Made by a program: the position numbers and the translations under genes
Shown here: positions 60,535 to 64,000 of the stretch, piece after piece
Layout of the letters: every line of letters begins with the position of its first letter
Numbering within the stretch: position 1 is the first letter of the stretch
Assembly: GCA_964016885.1 (NCBI GenBank)
Contig: OZ024749.1
Span: 47,368,001 to 47,432,000, forward strand
Length of the DNA: 64,000 nucleotides
From: Eledone cirrhosa
Taxonomy: Eukaryota
Direction of reading: 5' to 3'
The notes under the pieces: model-generated
Database searches by the model: none
Seen by the model: the letters and a program-made list of their open reading frames with translations, nothing else
What the model was told of the DNA's origin: nothing

Positions 60535-60675
60535 ATAATTGTTTCTACTTTTCGCACAAGGCCAGCAATTACCCAGTGCATTACTGGTACTTTATTTTAT
60601 CGACCCCGTAAGGATGAAAGGCAAAGTCAACCTCGGAGGGATTTGAACTCAGATCGTAAAGGGACGTAACTATGG
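60535..60675 (-). mobile_element. SINE, 5'-truncated, 13-bp TSD
   Basis: TGTTTTATATAAT at 60527-39 and 60676-88. Confidence 0.92.
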
Positions 60676-61869
60676 TGTTTTATATAATGATGTTCAAATA
60701 ATTTCCCGTGTGATAAAAGTTGATTTAAGAAAATGGAACATGTGATTTATTATAAATGTATGTAACTAAGAATTAAGGAACAGTAAAGTAAGGCTTGCCA
60801 CAAATGTATAAGTGTTTCTACAGGGAAGTAACCGTATTAAACCATTAACCATATAAAATATGTATATGCTCAGAAGGCATATTATAGTTTATTTACATTT
60901 AATTATTTACTCAGCTGGGGTTCTATTTCAAAGTTACTTATATCGATAATACATTCATTATCAAATTTGAAATAAACAAATGTATGCTGAAAGTGACACC
61001 TTACATACATACAATGATAAATAGATACATATAATACATATAACACACACACCAAATAAACTGCATATGCACTTACATATACATTTGTATATATATGATA
61101 TATTTGCCCTTGTGTGTGTGTTTGTGTTTGTGTATGTATGCGTGTGTGTGTGTGTGCGTGCGTGCGTGTATGTGTGTGCGTGCGTGTGTATGCAATTGTG
61201 CATGGCTCATAAAATAATAAAACAATCCGAAGCGGACATGCGTGTAAATAGTTGAATAAATAACTGTTTAAATTAGTTAGAGTGATATATTGAATTTATA
61301 ATTCAATTGAATACTTTACCAATGAGAATAACAATAAAAAAGACAAAATCGTGTTATTGATATGAATTATGTGACAGGTTTAAAAAGATAGTGTATGAGA
61401 TGTAAAGGTCACACGGAAATATCAGAAATGTCATGAAAATATTGGAAATCATCGTTCATGAATTTCTTTGTTTAAATGACTGCTGACATTGTTTTCATTT
61501 AGTTGGACGCAAAGATAAAAAATATGTAGAGGAAATATTGTTTGTCTTTAAAGATTTTTCTCCAGTTATACCATCAGTTTATTTCTTCACCTTATCAATA
61601 GCGAGGGTAATTAAACTTAGACAAGTAAAGAATAGTAATCGATATATTCAAGCCACAATTGTACCTCAATTGAACAAAATGGGCATCACTTTATTTCCCA
61701 AATTGTAAATTGCATTTATATTAAGACACCTAAATTAAACAATAAGGTTACGTATACAACTTCCTTCATGAGAAACCCTATATCCGTCTCAGAAGAATCT
61801 GGGAACTTATAGAGGGCATCGATCATATATTAGCCACAGTCACATTAAAGATGATTTGTTTTTTTACAT

Positions 61870-62190
61870 GAGGAAAGAAGAAGAGGAATAAGAGGTCGAA
61901 AAAGAAGTGGACGAAGAAGAAGAGGACAAAGAAGAAGTGGAAGAAGAATAAAATGTCGTCGAAAAAGAAAAAAAAAGAAGACGTAAAAGAAGAGGAAAAA
62001 TACGAAAACTAAGACGAAAAAGAAGACGTAAAAGAAGACGAAACAGACGAAAACTAATAATAATAAGAAGACGTAGAAGCAGAAGGCGAAGAAGAAAAAT
62101 GCTAAGAGAAGACGAAGAAGACGAAGTATAAGAAGACGGAGACGAAGGAGACGATGAAGAAGTCGACTAAGAAGACGAAGACGACGAGAA
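61870..62190. repeat. degenerate (GAA/GAC)n tract
   Basis: triplet repeat with interspersed stops. Confidence 0.85.
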
Positions 62191-62816
62191 ACATATTAGA
62201 TTCGATTGAACCGTGTTACCTCATTAGTTAAATTATCTTCAAAAACATTTTGAATGGGGTTCTAGATAGAAAACATATTAATGGTTATGAAGTTCGTATG
62301 TTTTACGCACCTCTGAGCTCGAAATATTGGAAGGACATTTAGATATAACATTCACGCTAGAAGACTGTCCTTTCTGTTCTTCTCTTATCTTCTCACATCG
62401 TATAAAATATATCAATGTGTTCTGAACAAGAATAAATGTATATCAATTTAGTGTTTCGATCAACCACGTTCCATTAAACATGCAATAAAACGTATTTGTA
62501 ATGTTTGTGAAATAAAATATTACTTTCTCAAAAGGATATGCGTTTTAATGCTATTCTCGCAATGATAAGAATATTCGATTTGTTAATGTATATATGCATA
62601 GACACGCACACTCACACACTTTATATATATATATATATATGAAACATGGCAAATGGCGTGCTTCGTTGTTGCAAATGGGATACATATGAATACAATTAGA
62701 AAAGTAAGACAGTATTGTCCGTCATCAGTGATCTTCCAGCCATCACCGGCATTTCTTCGCATTACTTTAATGCGAAGAAATAGCGTTCCTATATATATAC
62801 ATATATATATATAAAT

Positions 62817-63052
62817 TAGGGTGGCCTTTATTTTTCAACTTTATAAAATGTTCGCTCCCACCCACCTATCTTGTGCCAATTAACAAAGAAAACAATTTGG
62901 TATTAGAAGGATAAGTGACAATAAATATAATGGGGAAGGCAACTTTCAAACTTGGGGACAGAGTGCAAGTATAGGGCAAACACTCATTTTTCGCTGTGGG
63001 AGCAGCAACATTTTAACTTTCGTAAAATTATCTATTGCTAAGGGCCACCATA
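62817..63052. mobile_element. hAT-like MITE (236 bp)
   Basis: TIRs TAGGGTGGCCTTTA / TAAGGGCCACCATA; subterminal inverted AAAATGTTCGCTCCCAC / GTGGGAGCAGCAACATTTT; 8-bp TSD ATATAAAT / ATATACAT. Confidence 0.8.
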
Positions 63053-63557
63053 ATATACATTGATACTTTGGAAGAATCGTCGCGCATGTGTGTGTGTATC
63101 TGTGTGTGTTTATAGATACATACACACGTACATACATACATGCATACATACGTACACACGCGTTATGTTTATTTTTATGGGGCTGTAAATATTCCCACAT
63201 ATACGCGTTCTGCTAAGTCAAATACGTTTTCCGTATATAAAGTATCCAAACGCTGATTGTTTCTAGATTTCCTAATTTATATGACCAACATTTACTGCTG
63301 GTATTAATTCAGGTACCTTTCGTCTATTTACATGATGAGTATACTAACATAGACGTATATACATTGCATATTCTAGTTTACATACCCGTACAATGTATTA
63401 ATATTAATTGAAAATGGTTAAGAATCCCTTAAAATAACCATTGCTACAAATTTGCAATATATCATATAAATGAAGATATATCATCTTGAATGACATGACA
63501 TATGATTTCGGATATAATACTGGCATATTGGGATTTTGATTACTTCTCCTACTTCCA

Positions 63558-63730
63558 GGTCGGTGGATTGGCAGTATCGGTAGAGAGTCAGACACAATGA
63601 TTTGCAGCTTAGTTACGGCCCTTTAAGGTCTGAATTTAAATCCAGCCGAAGTTAGCTTTGCCTTTCATCCTTACAGGATTGATAAAAGAAAGCAAAATTA
63701 CTGGACTTGTGCCTATATAACAAATCATTA
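63558..63730 (+). mobile_element. SINE, diverged with internal deletion
   Basis: head, core, partial tail. Confidence 0.85.
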
Positions 63731-64000
63731 TTTCTCATACTTCCGATTTATGTTCTGATGTTTTTTAGCTTTTTCATTCTGAAACGTCTCAGTTTGTCCA
63801 ACATCCAAATAGTGTGAAATCAGCTTTCATGTCTGTGTGAGCGTGAGTGTGTAAGTTTGTGTGTCCGTTTCCTTTATATAAACATTCAAACGAGAATAGA
63901 ATCGAAGAGATTTGAGCATTATAATATGATTGGGTTCGTGAGAAAAACTTTTGATTTTAATATTAGAATAAACCTGTACACTAAATATTTAAACATTTAT

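Noticed and set aside
61870-62190. Acidic Glu/Asp-rich exon
   Set aside because: Multiple stops and no splice context; decayed triplet repeat

Overview
AT-rich, microsatellite-dense, non-genic animal DNA. It is most likely from an octopod cephalopod, inferred from the abundant tRNA-derived SINE with a Meta-type core. No intact host gene could be supported, and nearly all track ORFs are (TA)n/(CA)n/(GA)n artefacts. The main signal is about 15 short insertions from roughly 9 mutually unrelated sequence families that share one design. They sit in (TA)n tracts, most are fold-back palindromes with one arm extended by a 60-135 nt tail, they carry a minimal type I hammerhead ribozyme (two families with a compensated U3-A8 core), and most share a (T/C)GAGT tail motif. 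One family retains a decayed GIY-YIG endonuclease C-terminus, which ties the set to Penelope-like elements (PLEs). Also present: about 12 SINE copies (some with TSDs), RTE and R4/Dong LINE relics, and a hAT-like MITE with an 8-bp TSD. All structures were read by eye; no folding or database search was run.
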